A DNA stretch of 63,768 bases, counting the filler, from Actinomycetota bacterium (lineage in GTDB: Bacteria > Actinomycetota > Actinomycetes > JAKEEW01), in NCBI GenBank assembly GCA_046725875.1. It is 4 parts of 4 records of this genome, joined end to end, with 100 filler letters (N's around TTAATTAATTAA, not from the genome) between each part and the next. Parts side by side here need not be neighbours in the genome. Positions count along the whole stretch, not along the records: positions 40,116 to 59,340 come from JBKOZJ010000088.1; positions 59,441 to 63,768 come from JBKOZJ010000131.1; 2 more parts are not named here. One strand, given 5' to 3'. Every line of letters begins with the position of its first letter. Within the stretch, counting starts at the first letter, position 1. Positions 51,557 through 60,955 of the stretch are shown piece after piece. The translations under genes were made by a program, and so were the position numbers. The notes under the pieces were generated by a model. It searched no databases. It was not told the DNA's origin and was given only the letters and a program-made list of their open reading frames with translations.

Positions 51557-52843
51557 TCAGTCGATCACACGCATCACGCTGGCGACGTCGCGTACGACAT
51601 CGAGGTGGCGCAACTGCTCGACGGTCGCGGCAAGGGCCGCGTCCGTGGCGGTGTGGGTGACTATGACCAGCGAAGCGTCGTCGTCCCCGAAGCCATCCTG
51701 CCGAACCGTTTGGATGGACACATCGTGTGCAGCGAAGACGGTGGCCACCTGGGCAAGGACGCCGGCCCGGTCCAGAACGTCGAGGTTGACGTGATAGCGA
51801 GTGGGGGTAGCGCCGATGGGCTGGATGGCGAGCTGTGCATATGCCGACTCGCCGGCTCCCCGCCCGCTGGCGAGGCGGTTGCGGGCGACCGTGACAATGT
51901 CGCCCAGCACCGCACTGGCTGTCGGCGCCCCACCGGCTCCGCGGCCGTAGAACATGAGCTGACCGGCGGCTTCTGCCTCCACGAAGACGGCATTGAAGGC
52001 GTCGCGTACGGCTGCCAGCGGATGGCTGCGTGGGATCATCGCCGGATGTACCCGTACACTCACAGCGCCGGCGCCATCGGCGAGCTCAGCGATGGCGAGC
52101 AGCTTGACCAGGCAGTTCATCTCCCGGGCGCTGACTACGTCCGCCGCACTGACCTCGGTTATTCCCTCCCGGTGGACGTCTGCGGCGGTCACCCTGGTGT
52201 GGAAGGCGAGCGACGCGAGGATCGCCGCCTTGGCGGCCGCGTCGAAGCCCTCCACGTCGGCGGTCGGATCAGGCTCGGTATAACCGAGCGCGGTTGCCTC
52301 GCCGAGCGCCTCCTCGAAGCCCGCGCCGGTCTCGTCCATCCGGGTCAGGATGTAGTTTGTCGTGCCGTTCACGATGCCGAGGATGCGCCGCACCTTGTCG
52401 CCCGCGAGAGACTCGCGGAGCGGTCGCAGGAGCGGGATGGCACCCGCCACGCTCGCTTCGTAGTAAAGGTCTACGCCGTGCTTGGTGGCAGCCTCATAGA
52501 GCGTCGGGCCATCCTCGGCGAGCAGCGCCTTGTTCGCGGTGACCACAGATGCGCCGCTCTCCATGGCCGTCAGGATCAGCGTTCGCGCAGGTTCGAGCCC
52601 GCCGATGACCTCAACGGCGATATCGGTCCGGCGGACGAGACCTTCGGCGTCCGAGGTGAACAGGGCCCGGTTGATCCGCTCGTCGCGGGCCCGGTCCGGG
52701 CGGCGCACCGCGATTCCGACCAGCTCCAGCGGCGCTCCGATCCGGGCTGCGAGGTCGTCGCGGTGAGTGAGCAGCCGAACGGCGACCTCGCCGCCGACCG
52801 ACCCGCAACCCAGCAGTCCGATCCTGATCGGTTGGATCCGCAT
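51557..52843 (-). CDS. hom: Homoserine dehydrogenase
   Basis: GLLGCGSVG, VTANKAL, EASVAGAIP, NGTTNYIL, DVEGFDAAAK, ACT domain. Confidence 0.98.
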   Translation of the reverse strand: MRIQPIRIGLLGCGSVGGEVAVRLLTHRDDLAARIGAPLELVGIAVRRPDRARDERINRALFTSDAEGLVRRTDIAVEVIGGLEPARTLILTAMESGASVVTANKALLAEDGPTLYEAATKHGVDLYYEASVAGAIPLLRPLRESLAGDKVRRILGIVNGTTNYILTRMDETGAGFEEALGEATALGYTEPDPTADVEGFDAAAKAAILASLAFHTRVTAADVHREGITEVSAADVVSAREMNCLVKLLAIAELADGAGAVSVRVHPAMIPRSHPLAAVRDAFNAVFVEAEAAGQLMFYGRGAGGAPTASAVLGDIVTVARNRLASGRGAGESAYAQLAIQPIGATPTRYHVNLDVLDRAGVLAQVATVFAAHDVSIQTVRQDGFGDDDASLVIVTHTATDAALAATVEQLRHLDVVRDVASVMRVID

Positions 52844-52952
52844 GCCATTCAGCGTCGCAAAAGTCGCACGGCGACGCACGTATGTCCAGGTGATGGACCG
52901 GTTTCTACTATGTGGCTACGCGCAGGAAGGATCTTCCGCTGGCCGGCGATCG

Positions 52953-52991
52953 GAGGTCGAGCCTTAGGAGGTCGTCCTCGGTCTCGCGGCG
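52953..52991 (-). pseudogene. lysA: Remnant of the diaminopimelate decarboxylase C-terminus
   Basis: Minus strand reads RRETEDDLLRLDL, the typical actinobacterial LysA end, exactly where lysA normally sits between argS and hom. Confidence 0.7.
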
Positions 52992-53056
52992 GGCCGCGGC
53001 GACCCGCGACCGCATGTATTGCGCCAGGTCTAAGGTGCATGCATCCCGCTGTCCGC

Positions 53057-53152
53057 CTTTCGCAACGACGGCACGTTCAGTCGAACCCGCAGGAGATGAA
53101 CGGCACGTTGAGTCGAACCTATTGACTGAACGTGCCGTTCATCTCCGCGGGG
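53057..53152. repeat. Palindromic repeat element, copy C (half copy plus full copy) after argS
   Basis: GGAGATGAACGGCACGTTGAGTCGA-ACCTA-TTGACTGAACGTGCCGTTCATCTCC (53092-53146), preceded by CTTTCGCAACGACGGCACGTTCAGTCGAACC. Confidence 0.8.
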
Positions 53153-54814
53153 TTACATGCGCTCGGGAGCAGTGACACCGAGCAGATCGAGGCCGTTCTC
53201 GATCGCGATGCGGGTTGCGTCGTTCAACCACAACCGGGCGCGGGTGAGGTCGGAGACCTCCTCGTCGCCCCGCGGAAGAATCCGGCACTCGTCATAGAAC
53301 CGGTGATACGCGGCAGCGAGTTGCTCGAGATAGCGAGCGACCCGATGTGGCTCGCGCAGCTCGGCCACCGTCGCCACCACCCGCGGGAGCTCGCCGAGCA
53401 CCCCGAGCAGCTCGCCCTCCTTCTCGTGGGAGAGCAGTCCCGGGCTGAAGTCCTCGATCGAGCCGCGGCCGATTCCGAGATCGGCCGCGTTTCGGGAGAC
53501 CGACGCGGTCCGCGCCGCGACGTACTGGACGTAGAAGACCGGGTTCTCGTTGACCTGTTTGGTGATGGCGGCAACGTCAAGGGTCAGCGGCGAGTCGGCT
53601 GGGTAGCGGCACAGCGAGTAACGCAAAGCGTCGACGCCGGTCAGCTCGACGACCTCGTCGAACGTAACGAGGGTGCCCGCGCGCTTCGACAGCTTGACCT
53701 CCTGGCCTCCTCTCGTGATCCGCACCAGCTGCCCGATGACGACCTCGATGTTTTTGTCCGGATCGTCGCCCGCGGCGGCAGCGATGGACTTCAGCCTGCC
53801 GACGTAGCCGTGGTGGTCCGCGCCGAGCAGATATATGCAGATGTCGAAGCCCCGCTCGCGCTTGTTCACGTAGTAGGCGACGTCGGGTGCCAGGTAGGTC
53901 GGCTCACCATTGGCCCGGATGATGACCCGGTCCCGGTCGTCGCCGAAGTCCGTGGTGCGCATCCACAGGGCGCCGTCTTTCTCATACAAACGCCCCTGGG
54001 AGCGGAGGACCTCGATCCCGTGGGCCACCTGCCCACTGTCGAAAAGGGTCCGCTCCGAGAACCAGACGTCGAAATGAGTACGGAAGTCCTCGAGGACGGC
54101 TTGCTGCTCAGCGAGCTGCCGGGCGTATGCCTCCTCCCGGAACGCTGCCACCTGATCCTCGTACGGAAGGTCGAGGATCTCGGGCTTGTCCGCGACGATC
54201 TGCTTGGCCAGATCGACGATGTAGGCGCCGTGGTAGCCGCTCTCGGGAACCGGCCGCCCGTGCGCGGCTGCCCGCAATGAGGCGCCGAAGTTGTCCATCT
54301 GGGCGCCGCGGTCGTTGATATAGAACTCTCGGCTGACGTCGGCTCCCGCCGCGGTGAGCGCCCGAGCGATCGCATCGCCGACCGCGGCCCACCGGATGTG
54401 ACCGAGATGGAGCGGTCCGGTCGGGTTGGCGGAGACGAACTCCACATTGATCCGGTGGCCGTGAAGTGTATTGGTGTGGCCGTACGTCTTGCCGGCCATC
54501 ACGATCTGGCGAACGACCTCGCCCTGTGCGGCCGAGCTCAGCGTGATGTTGAGGAATCCCGGTCCTGCAATGTCGACCCGCTCGATCCCGTCATGAGTGG
54601 TCAATCGGCTCGCGATGATCGCAGCGATCTCCTGCGGCCGCTTGCCGGCGGCCTTCGCAAGCCGCATGGCGACGTTGGTGGCATAGTCGCCGTGCTCGCG
54701 GTTCTTCGGCCGCTCGACCGTTACCGTCGTCGGCGGGTCGACTGCCAGCTCACCGGCGTCGACGGCCGCCCGGACCACCGATACGAGAAGACCAGCAAGG
54801 TCAGCAGGGGTCAC
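53153..54814 (-). CDS. argS: Arginine--tRNA ligase
   Basis: HGDYATN, GPGFLN, VSANPTGPLHLGH, GADHHGY, KLSKRAG, APERM. Confidence 0.99.
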   Translation of the reverse strand: MTPADLAGLLVSVVRAAVDAGELAVDPPTTVTVERPKNREHGDYATNVAMRLAKAAGKRPQEIAAIIASRLTTHDGIERVDIAGPGFLNITLSSAAQGEVVRQIVMAGKTYGHTNTLHGHRINVEFVSANPTGPLHLGHIRWAAVGDAIARALTAAGADVSREFYINDRGAQMDNFGASLRAAAHGRPVPESGYHGAYIVDLAKQIVADKPEILDLPYEDQVAAFREEAYARQLAEQQAVLEDFRTHFDVWFSERTLFDSGQVAHGIEVLRSQGRLYEKDGALWMRTTDFGDDRDRVIIRANGEPTYLAPDVAYYVNKRERGFDICIYLLGADHHGYVGRLKSIAAAAGDDPDKNIEVVIGQLVRITRGGQEVKLSKRAGTLVTFDEVVELTGVDALRYSLCRYPADSPLTLDVAAITKQVNENPVFYVQYVAARTASVSRNAADLGIGRGSIEDFSPGLLSHEKEGELLGVLGELPRVVATVAELREPHRVARYLEQLAAAYHRFYDECRILPRGDEEVSDLTRARLWLNDATRIAIENGLDLLGVTAPERM

Positions 54815-55125
54815 TACCCAAGGGTAGCGATCGCGATCGGCGGGGCCGGAGCCAATTCCGCTGGCAGCGGGGTGCGCTCAGTGCCTTGTCGCTCGATCAC
54901 GGAGAAGCATGGTGCGGGTGTCCCGGATGTCGGGCAGGATTCCCGCAGAAATCGGTGATTTCAGCGGTGCCTAGCGGCTCTCAGATCCTGAAGCCGACAT
55001 CGGCCTTCGTCGGCTTCGATCTCGTCTCGCTCATAGGGCATCGGTCGCCCGGAGACCGGTGTGGCAGGCTGACGGTAGAGAGTTCCCCAGCCGGGTGACC
55101 GGTCCGCTGGGAGGAGGCGACGCCG

Positions 55126-56259
55126 GTGAAGCTGGGGTTCTTGCGGCCGCTGTGTGAGCAGATCGGTAACTGCGTTTCGGTGTATCTGGACACTGACCGG
55201 GCTCATGAGAATGCTGTGGAGCAGATCGAGTTGCGGTGGCGTGCTGCCCGGGACCGGTTGGCCGAGGCCGGGGCTGGCCCGGCCGTGCTGGATGCGGTCG
55301 CCGACGCGGTTGGTGACCCACGCGATGCGGCCCCGGGGCGGGCGGTGTTCGCCAAAGACGATGCCGTCCTGTTGACCGGTGCCCTGGAAGCGGCGCCACG
55401 GCGCCAGATCGCGCGCCTGGCGCCGCTGCCGCACCTGATGCCGCTGCTGGCTCAGCGTCGTCCGCCGGTTCCGCACGTGCGGGTCAGCGCCACTCGGGCG
55501 GGCGGTGAGATCGTCGCCGCAGGGGGAAGCGGGGACGGGTGGCGGGACTGGGTCGCCGGGCGCGCGTGGCCGGTGCACAAGACCTCGGTCGGGGGCTGGT
55601 CGCAGGACCGCTACCAGCGCAGTGTTGAGCAGGCCTGGGACGAGAACGCGAAGGCGCTGGCCGCGGAGGTGGCCGCGGTGGCTGGCCGGGTCGGCGCCCG
55701 GCACGTCATCGTCGCGGGTGATGTCCATGCGCGGTCGCTGCTGCTGCGGCACCTGCCCACGCCGCTGCGTGAGTCCGCGGTCGTGCTCGAGGAAGAAGTG
55801 GACGCAGACAGCCAGGCCATGACGGAGGCAGCGAATCGGGCACTGTCGGACTGGGCCGATCGGCACACCAGGCAACGGTTCGATGACTGGCAGGCCCGGT
55901 TGGGTCGCGGTCAGGCCGTTCAGGGCCTGGCGCAAAGCATGACCGCGTTCCGTGAAGGTCAGGTCTCCGATCTGTTCCTTTTCGACGATCCCTCGTCTAT
56001 CGCGGAGGCGTGGATCGGCCCCGCCGGCGGCGGCCTGGCAACGTCCCGGGAAGAACTGCTGGCCTGGGGCGTGTCCGGGCCGACCCTCGACCGCGCCGAC
56101 GCGGCCATCGTCCGCGCGATCGTCAGCACTGACGCCGAGTTGCACTTTCTGCCCGCTGACCTGGTGGAATCCGGGGACATAACGGCCAGCGGAGGCTACG
56201 CCCGCCCGCGGGACGGGGTATGCGCCACGCTGCGCTTCCCGCTGGGCGGGGCACGCTGA
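55126..56259 (+). CDS. baeRF2-type (Vms1/eRF1-like) release factor family protein
   Basis: SVYLD, HKTSVGGWSQDRYQRSVE, IVAGDV, RADAAIVRA, DGVCATLRF. Confidence 0.85.
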   Translation: MKLGFLRPLCEQIGNCVSVYLDTDRAHENAVEQIELRWRAARDRLAEAGAGPAVLDAVADAVGDPRDAAPGRAVFAKDDAVLLTGALEAAPRRQIARLAPLPHLMPLLAQRRPPVPHVRVSATRAGGEIVAAGGSGDGWRDWVAGRAWPVHKTSVGGWSQDRYQRSVEQAWDENAKALAAEVAAVAGRVGARHVIVAGDVHARSLLLRHLPTPLRESAVVLEEEVDADSQAMTEAANRALSDWADRHTRQRFDDWQARLGRGQAVQGLAQSMTAFREGQVSDLFLFDDPSSIAEAWIGPAGGGLATSREELLAWGVSGPTLDRADAAIVRAIVSTDAELHFLPADLVESGDITASGGYARPRDGVCATLRFPLGGAR

Positions 56260-56457
56260 CCGCTTTGGGCGCTCACTGCGCATGCCACTTTCCCTGACCC
56301 AGATCGCCCGCAGCACGCCTGACGAGCCGGTCGCCGACATGCTGCCCGCCTCAAACGCATGCTCGGAGGGCCGGTACTGGTGTTCGGCGATGACCATCTC
56401 GTCGGCATCGTGTCACCCTCGACATGAGCCGCGCCGGGACGCCTCAGCCGTAGCTCC

Positions 56458-56868
56458 TCAGCTGGGTCGCTGTTCTACCGGGAGTCCGAGCGCCCGAAGC
56501 AGCTCACCGAGGCTGGCGAAGGTGGCGTCGTCCGGAAGCGACGAGGCGAGGTCCAGCAGTCGCTGCTCTGCCTGGTGTCGCATAAGGGTCTCTAGCAGGT
56601 GCGCCCTGGTCGCCGGGAACGCGGTACGGTCCAGGTGGCGGGCCAGGTCGCTGCGCAACTCGATGGCCTCCCAGTCTTCTCCCGGCGGGGTTGCGCCTGG
56701 CCTCCCCTCCAGCGCCCAGGTCGCTTCCGGCTCATCCTCACCCGGCGGTTCCGGCTCCAGCCATTCCTCGGCCCGGGTTGCCCGGTGCGCCTGCAATTCG
56801 CTGCGGACCTCGCGCTTGAGCGCCTCATCCTCGCGCGGCCCGTGCGTCCCGCTTTCTTGCTCGCTCAT
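56458..56868 (-). CDS. DUF2795 family protein
   Basis: HGPREDEALKRE...RAEEWLEPEPPGED...RSDLARHL..AFPATR. Confidence 0.82.
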   Translation of the reverse strand: MSEQESGTHGPREDEALKREVRSELQAHRATRAEEWLEPEPPGEDEPEATWALEGRPGATPPGEDWEAIELRSDLARHLDRTAFPATRAHLLETLMRHQAEQRLLDLASSLPDDATFASLGELLRALGLPVEQRPS

Positions 56869-57184
56869 TGGACTGCCTCGCTTAAACGGCCTTTCTGGCC
56901 TCGCGGTCCGCCAGTGGCGCCCAGCGAACCGCTGCCGTGTTTCGTGCTCTATAAGACTCTCAGCCTCGCACACCCGTGGCGCAGCGCTCGTACGTGGAAC
57001 GGTCTGCCACACGTCGAGAACTTTGGGAAAGGCTCCCGCCGTAAGCGGGCAGATCGGGCGGCCATGACCGTGTGGGACTCTAATGGAGGTCGACCTACAC
57101 CTCGCAGGATGTCCTGACGTCGTGCGCGCTTGAGCGGCGGCAGCGGATGCTCCCCGTCCAGCTTCCGACGGAAGGAGGACGTTA

Positions 57185-57790
57185 ATGTCGTTCGTCTCTC
57201 GTGGCTTCCGGGGGCGGCGCGCGGCCGACGTCGATCCCGCGCGCATCCCACCCGGCCAATACGTGACGCCAGACTTTCCTGTCCTCTCTGCGGGCCCGAC
57301 ACCGCACAAGCCGCTGGACTGGTGGGACTTCTCGATCATTGGCGAGGTGGACGAGCCGCGGCGCTGGACGTGGAAGGAGTTCCAGGCCCTCCCGAGCGAG
57401 GAGGTCACCCGCGACATCCACTGCGTGACCAAGTGGTCGAAGCTCGAAACGGTCTGGCAGGGCGTCTCGGTCGACACACTGCTCGACGGGATCGAGACCT
57501 CCGCCGAGTACGTGATCCAGTTCTCGGACGGCGGTTACACAACCAACCTGCCGCTCGAAGACGTCACTGGCGGCAAGGCGTGGGTCGCCTTCGCCTACGA
57601 CGGCGAACCGCTCGAGCCCGAGCACGGCGGCCCCGCGCGGATGCTCGTCCCTCACCTCTACTTCTGGAAGAGCGCCAAGTGGGTGCGCGGACTGCGGCTC
57701 CAGGCCTTCGACGAGCCGGGCTTCTGGGAGACGAACGGTTACCACAACTACGGAGATCCATGGCGGGAGCAGCGATACTGGGGCGACTGA
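57185..57790 (+). CDS. Sulfite oxidase-like molybdopterin oxidoreductase
   Basis: RIPPGQY, DIHCVTKWSK, GYTTNLP, EHGGPAR..VPHLYFWKSAKW, GFWE..GYH..GDPW.EQRY. Confidence 0.93.
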   Translation: MSFVSRGFRGRRAADVDPARIPPGQYVTPDFPVLSAGPTPHKPLDWWDFSIIGEVDEPRRWTWKEFQALPSEEVTRDIHCVTKWSKLETVWQGVSVDTLLDGIETSAEYVIQFSDGGYTTNLPLEDVTGGKAWVAFAYDGEPLEPEHGGPARMLVPHLYFWKSAKWVRGLRLQAFDEPGFWETNGYHNYGDPWREQRYWGD

Positions 57791-58506
57791 CCTGGTCGGT
57801 CGCGGACCTGGTCGAGGTGGTCCGGGAGACGCCTCGGGTGAAGACGCTCGGCTTCGACGTGCCGGGTTGGCCGGGGCATCGGGCCGGGCAGCACGTCGAC
57901 GTGCGGCTGACCGCCGAGGACGGTTATCAGGCGGAGCGCAGCTATTCGATCGCGTCGGCGCCCGACGGTGCCCGGATCGAGTTGACGGTGGAGCGGCTGG
58001 CCGACGGCGAGGTCTCCCCGTACCTGACCGATCAGCTGCGGCCCGGCGACCGGATCGAGCTGCGCGGTCCGATCGGCGGGTATTTCGTGTGGGAGCCGGC
58101 GCAGGACGACCCGCTGCTGCTGGTCGCGGGCGGGTCGGGGGTGGTGCCGCTGATGGCGATGATCCGGCTCGGAGCGCGCACCGGACGCGAGAGGCAGGCG
58201 CGGCTGCTGTTCTCCTCCCGCCGCTGGGAGGAGATCATCTACCGGGCCGAGCTGGAGCGGCTCGGCCGGACCGGGCTGACCGTCGTGCACACCCTGACCC
58301 GGTCCCAGCCGCCGGGCTGGACCGGCCACACCCGGCGGGTCGACACGGAGATGCTGGCCGAGGTTGGCCCGGCCCCGGGCGAGCGGCCGCTCGCCTACGT
58401 CTGCGGCCCGACCCCGTTCGTCGAGGCGGTGGCGACCGCGCTCGTCTCGCTCGGGCACGAGCCACAGCGGATCAAGACCGAGCGGTTCGGACCGACTGGA
58501 CGCTGA
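57760..58506 (+). CDS. Ferredoxin reductase-like FAD/NAD(P) oxidoreductase
   Basis: GQHVDVRLTAEDGYQAERSYSIAS, GEVS, GGSGVVP, VCGP, TERFG. Confidence 0.93.
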   Translation: MAGAAILGRLTWSVADLVEVVRETPRVKTLGFDVPGWPGHRAGQHVDVRLTAEDGYQAERSYSIASAPDGARIELTVERLADGEVSPYLTDQLRPGDRIELRGPIGGYFVWEPAQDDPLLLVAGGSGVVPLMAMIRLGARTGRERQARLLFSSRRWEEIIYRAELERLGRTGLTVVHTLTRSQPPGWTGHTRRVDTEMLAEVGPAPGERPLAYVCGPTPFVEAVATALVSLGHEPQRIKTERFGPTGR

Positions 58507-58706
58507 GACGCACACGCCCAGGCCGCACGGCCACCCGACCACAGGGTCTGCGCCAAGAGGCATGCGTCCCCGAGACGACAACCGCAATCGCAACCCGCGG
58601 CGCCTGTGGCGCAACGTAGCCGGCAGGCGCGACTCACGTCTATCGTGGCGCCGGGATCGTCCTCCGGTGCCCGCAGTGCGACGGGCGTCCTGGTGCTGCC
58701 TCAGCC

Positions 58707-59087
58707 TTATTGGGTAGCAGCAAGGCGGCGCACGGTCGAAACGAGGTCCACCGGCTCGAAGGGCTTGGTGATATAAGCGTCGACGCCGATCTCGCGCCCC
58801 CGTGCGATGTCGCGTCCCTGCGCCGCTGCCGTGATGATGGCAATCGGCAGGTGCTTGGTGCGCTGGTCCTGGCGCAGCCGGATCGCAGTGCTGAAGCCGT
58901 CCAGCCGGGGCATCACAACATCGAGCGTGACCACTGACGGCTCGACGTATAGGACCTTGTCTAGGCAGTCGACGCCGTCGACCGCAGTGGCCACCTCGAA
59001 ACCCTCGAGCTCGAGGTTCAGCCGGATGAGGGCGCGGACGATCTCGCTGTCGTCGACGACAAGTACCCGGCCCGGGTGAGACTGCAC
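58707..59087 (-). CDS. Single-domain response regulator
   Basis: VLVVDD...TLDVVMPRLDG...TKPF; conserved next to tRNA-Arg/argS in actinomycetes. Confidence 0.93.
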   Translation of the reverse strand: MQSHPGRVLVVDDSEIVRALIRLNLELEGFEVATAVDGVDCLDKVLYVEPSVVTLDVVMPRLDGFSTAIRLRQDQRTKHLPIAIITAAAQGRDIARGREIGVDAYITKPFEPVDLVSTVRRLAATQ

Positions 59088-59191
59088 AGGTCGAGCGTAG
59101 GGGTCGCGGGCGGGTGGCTCACTGGAGTCCACGGTGATCATCCCAGGCCGACGCTGGGCGAGCACGAAACTGATATCCTCGTCCGGTCCCC

Positions 59192-59263
59192 GCCCCCGTA
59201 GCTCAGGGGATAGAGCGACGGCCTCCGGAGCCGTGTGCGCAGGTTCGAATCCTGTCGGGGGCG
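59192..59263 (+). tRNA. tRNA-Arg(CCG)
   Basis: GCCCCCG/CGGGGGC acceptor stem, TAGCTCAGGGGATAGAGC D arm, ACGGC-CTCCGGA-GCCGT anticodon arm, GTTCGAATC T loop; CCA not encoded. Confidence 0.98.
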
Positions 59264-59340
59264 CCGCGTCTGGCCAGCCAAAACGGGCTTGACCTGGGCA
59301 AACCAACTGCGGTCGATCTTCGCCCAGATGCAGCTGTGCG

Positions 59341-59440
59341 NNNNNNNNNNNNNNNNNNNNNNNNNNNNNNNNNNNNNNNNNNNNTTAATTAATTAANNNN
59401 NNNNNNNNNNNNNNNNNNNNNNNNNNNNNNNNNNNNNNNN
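59341..59440. other. Artificial contig linker
   Basis: N-run with TTAATTAATTAA. Confidence 0.98.
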
Positions 59441-59555
59441 CAGCCCGATTGTGGTCTCGGCCAGCGCATTATCGAGGGCGTCGGCCACCGTCCCGACCGA
59501 CGGGATCAGGCCTTCCAGCAGCAGGGTTTCGCCGAACCGGATCGCGGTGTACGGC
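59441..59555 (-). mobile_element. IS3-family transposase fragment
   Basis: YTAIRFGETL..EG..PSVGTVADALDNALAETTIGL integrase-core segment. Confidence 0.85.
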
Positions 59556-59751
59556 CCAGGTTCAAGGAGTCGAAGCAACACCGGCTTGTTGGAGCGAGAG
59601 TAGGTGATGGTTCAGGGCTTCGGCGGGAGTTTTCCAGTCGACGGTCTTGCGGGGTCTGCTGTTGAGCGCTGCTGCGACCGCGGTCAGGTCGTCGGCGCTG
59701 TGTCGGCTCAGGTCGGTGCCCTTCGGGAAGTACTGCCGGAGCAGGCCGTTG
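59556..59751 (-). mobile_element. IS30-family transposase 3' end with right end
   Basis: [15 protein letters not shown]...[18 protein letters not shown]...GVASTP*; end GGTGTTGCTTCGACTCCTTGAAC. Confidence 0.9.
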
Positions 59752-59890
59752 GACGCTCCTATGACCGTCAAGCCGCGGCTGGAATTGCTGTTGCCGTGTG
59801 GCGGCTTGGATTCGTCGGTAGAGCCGGCGGGCGAGGGCTCGCTTGAGACAGCGTCGGATGTCGCGATGGGTCTTGCCTTGCGCGGTGCAC
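59752..59890 (-). mobile_element. IS110-family transposase 3' end
   Basis: [23 protein letters not shown]; end TTGACGGTCATAGGAGCGTC. Confidence 0.8.
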
Positions 59891-60179
59891 TGCACCGCTG
59901 GAAGTGGAGCGAGGTTCGCCGCCGACTCCTCGGCCGTGGCGGCCGATGGAGCAGGCCGACGGCGGACGGGGTCGAACTGTTCAACATCGCCTCGGTGCGG
60001 GTTACTCGATACCGATACCGCGGCGTCAAGATCCCCAACGCCTGGACCCGGCTCAACCACGCCTGAACGGCGGAAACCGTGGAGAGCCGCTGCCGGGAGA
60101 CCGGCACGGCGGGTTCGGCGAGCGGCCTGGGGAAACGGACCAGGAGCAATCCCGACACCGCGCCCCAGGCCGACTCAAC
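59890..60179 (+). mobile_element. Group II intron 3' fragment (maturase C-terminus plus domains V and VI)
   Basis: [72 protein letters not shown]...CCCCAGGCC; ends CCGACTCAAC. Confidence 0.88.
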
Positions 60180-60316
60180 CACCGGGCATCCGCACGGCTG
60201 GGGCTGGTGTGGCAGGTCGAAGCCCTCGTACCACGGCGTCATCATGTCTCCCGGGCAGAAGTGAAGCGGTCCATGCGGGGTACGACCGCAGGGAAACGAG
60301 TCGGGAGGTGGGCAGC

Positions 60317-60805
60317 ATGACATCTGACAGGGACGCCGGGGACCAGCCAAGGTCGCGCGAGGACCGACCGGCCGGGACGGGTCTTCCCGCCGGTCAGCCG
60401 TTCCCAAAGGACGTAGCCGCCGAACCCGCACCCGTACCTGCTGACCGCGCAACCACCCGGCCCAGGGCGCCGTCGGCCATCGCGGCAGGATCCGAGGCCA
60501 GCAGGCCGGCTGGGCCCGTTCCGCGGACCCGGATGGGTGGCCTGTGGGTCGGGACGATCGTTGCGGCGCTGATCGGGTTGTTCCTGCTGATCTTCATCCT
60601 GCAAAACGGCCAACGCGTGAAAGTCTCATTTCTTGGCATCGACGGACAGCTCCCGCTCGGGGTCGCCTTGCTCCTGGCCGCGGCCTGCGGCGCGCTACTC
60701 GTCGCGATCCCTGGCACCGGCCGGATCCTGCAGCTGAGGCGACGTGCCCACCGTAGGAGCAAGGACGACACTAAGACGACGGCACCGCAGCCGGATGACC
60801 GATAG
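60317..60805 (+). CDS. LapA/DUF1049 family membrane protein
   Basis: RTRMGGLW...LLIFILQN...[18 protein letters not shown]...GRILQLRR. Confidence 0.9.
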   Translation: MTSDRDAGDQPRSREDRPAGTGLPAGQPFPKDVAAEPAPVPADRATTRPRAPSAIAAGSEASRPAGPVPRTRMGGLWVGTIVAALIGLFLLIFILQNGQRVKVSFLGIDGQLPLGVALLLAAACGALLVAIPGTGRILQLRRRAHRRSKDDTKTTAPQPDDR

Positions 60806-60955
60806 GGCGATCTCGCCTGCCGCTCGGGGTCCTGCGGCTGCGCCGCCCCATCGTGCGCCACGCGGCGGCCGTGGGCCGCTCCGCGTGGCGCACTCGGGTG
60901 GTGGCGTGCGGAGGTCGGCCGACCTGCTGGTCGGCCGACCTCGGTTCGGAGCTGC

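Noticed and set aside
59562..60452. 296-aa and 320-aa ORFs suggesting transposase or LapA fusions
   Set aside because: Chance read-through across IS and intron fragments.
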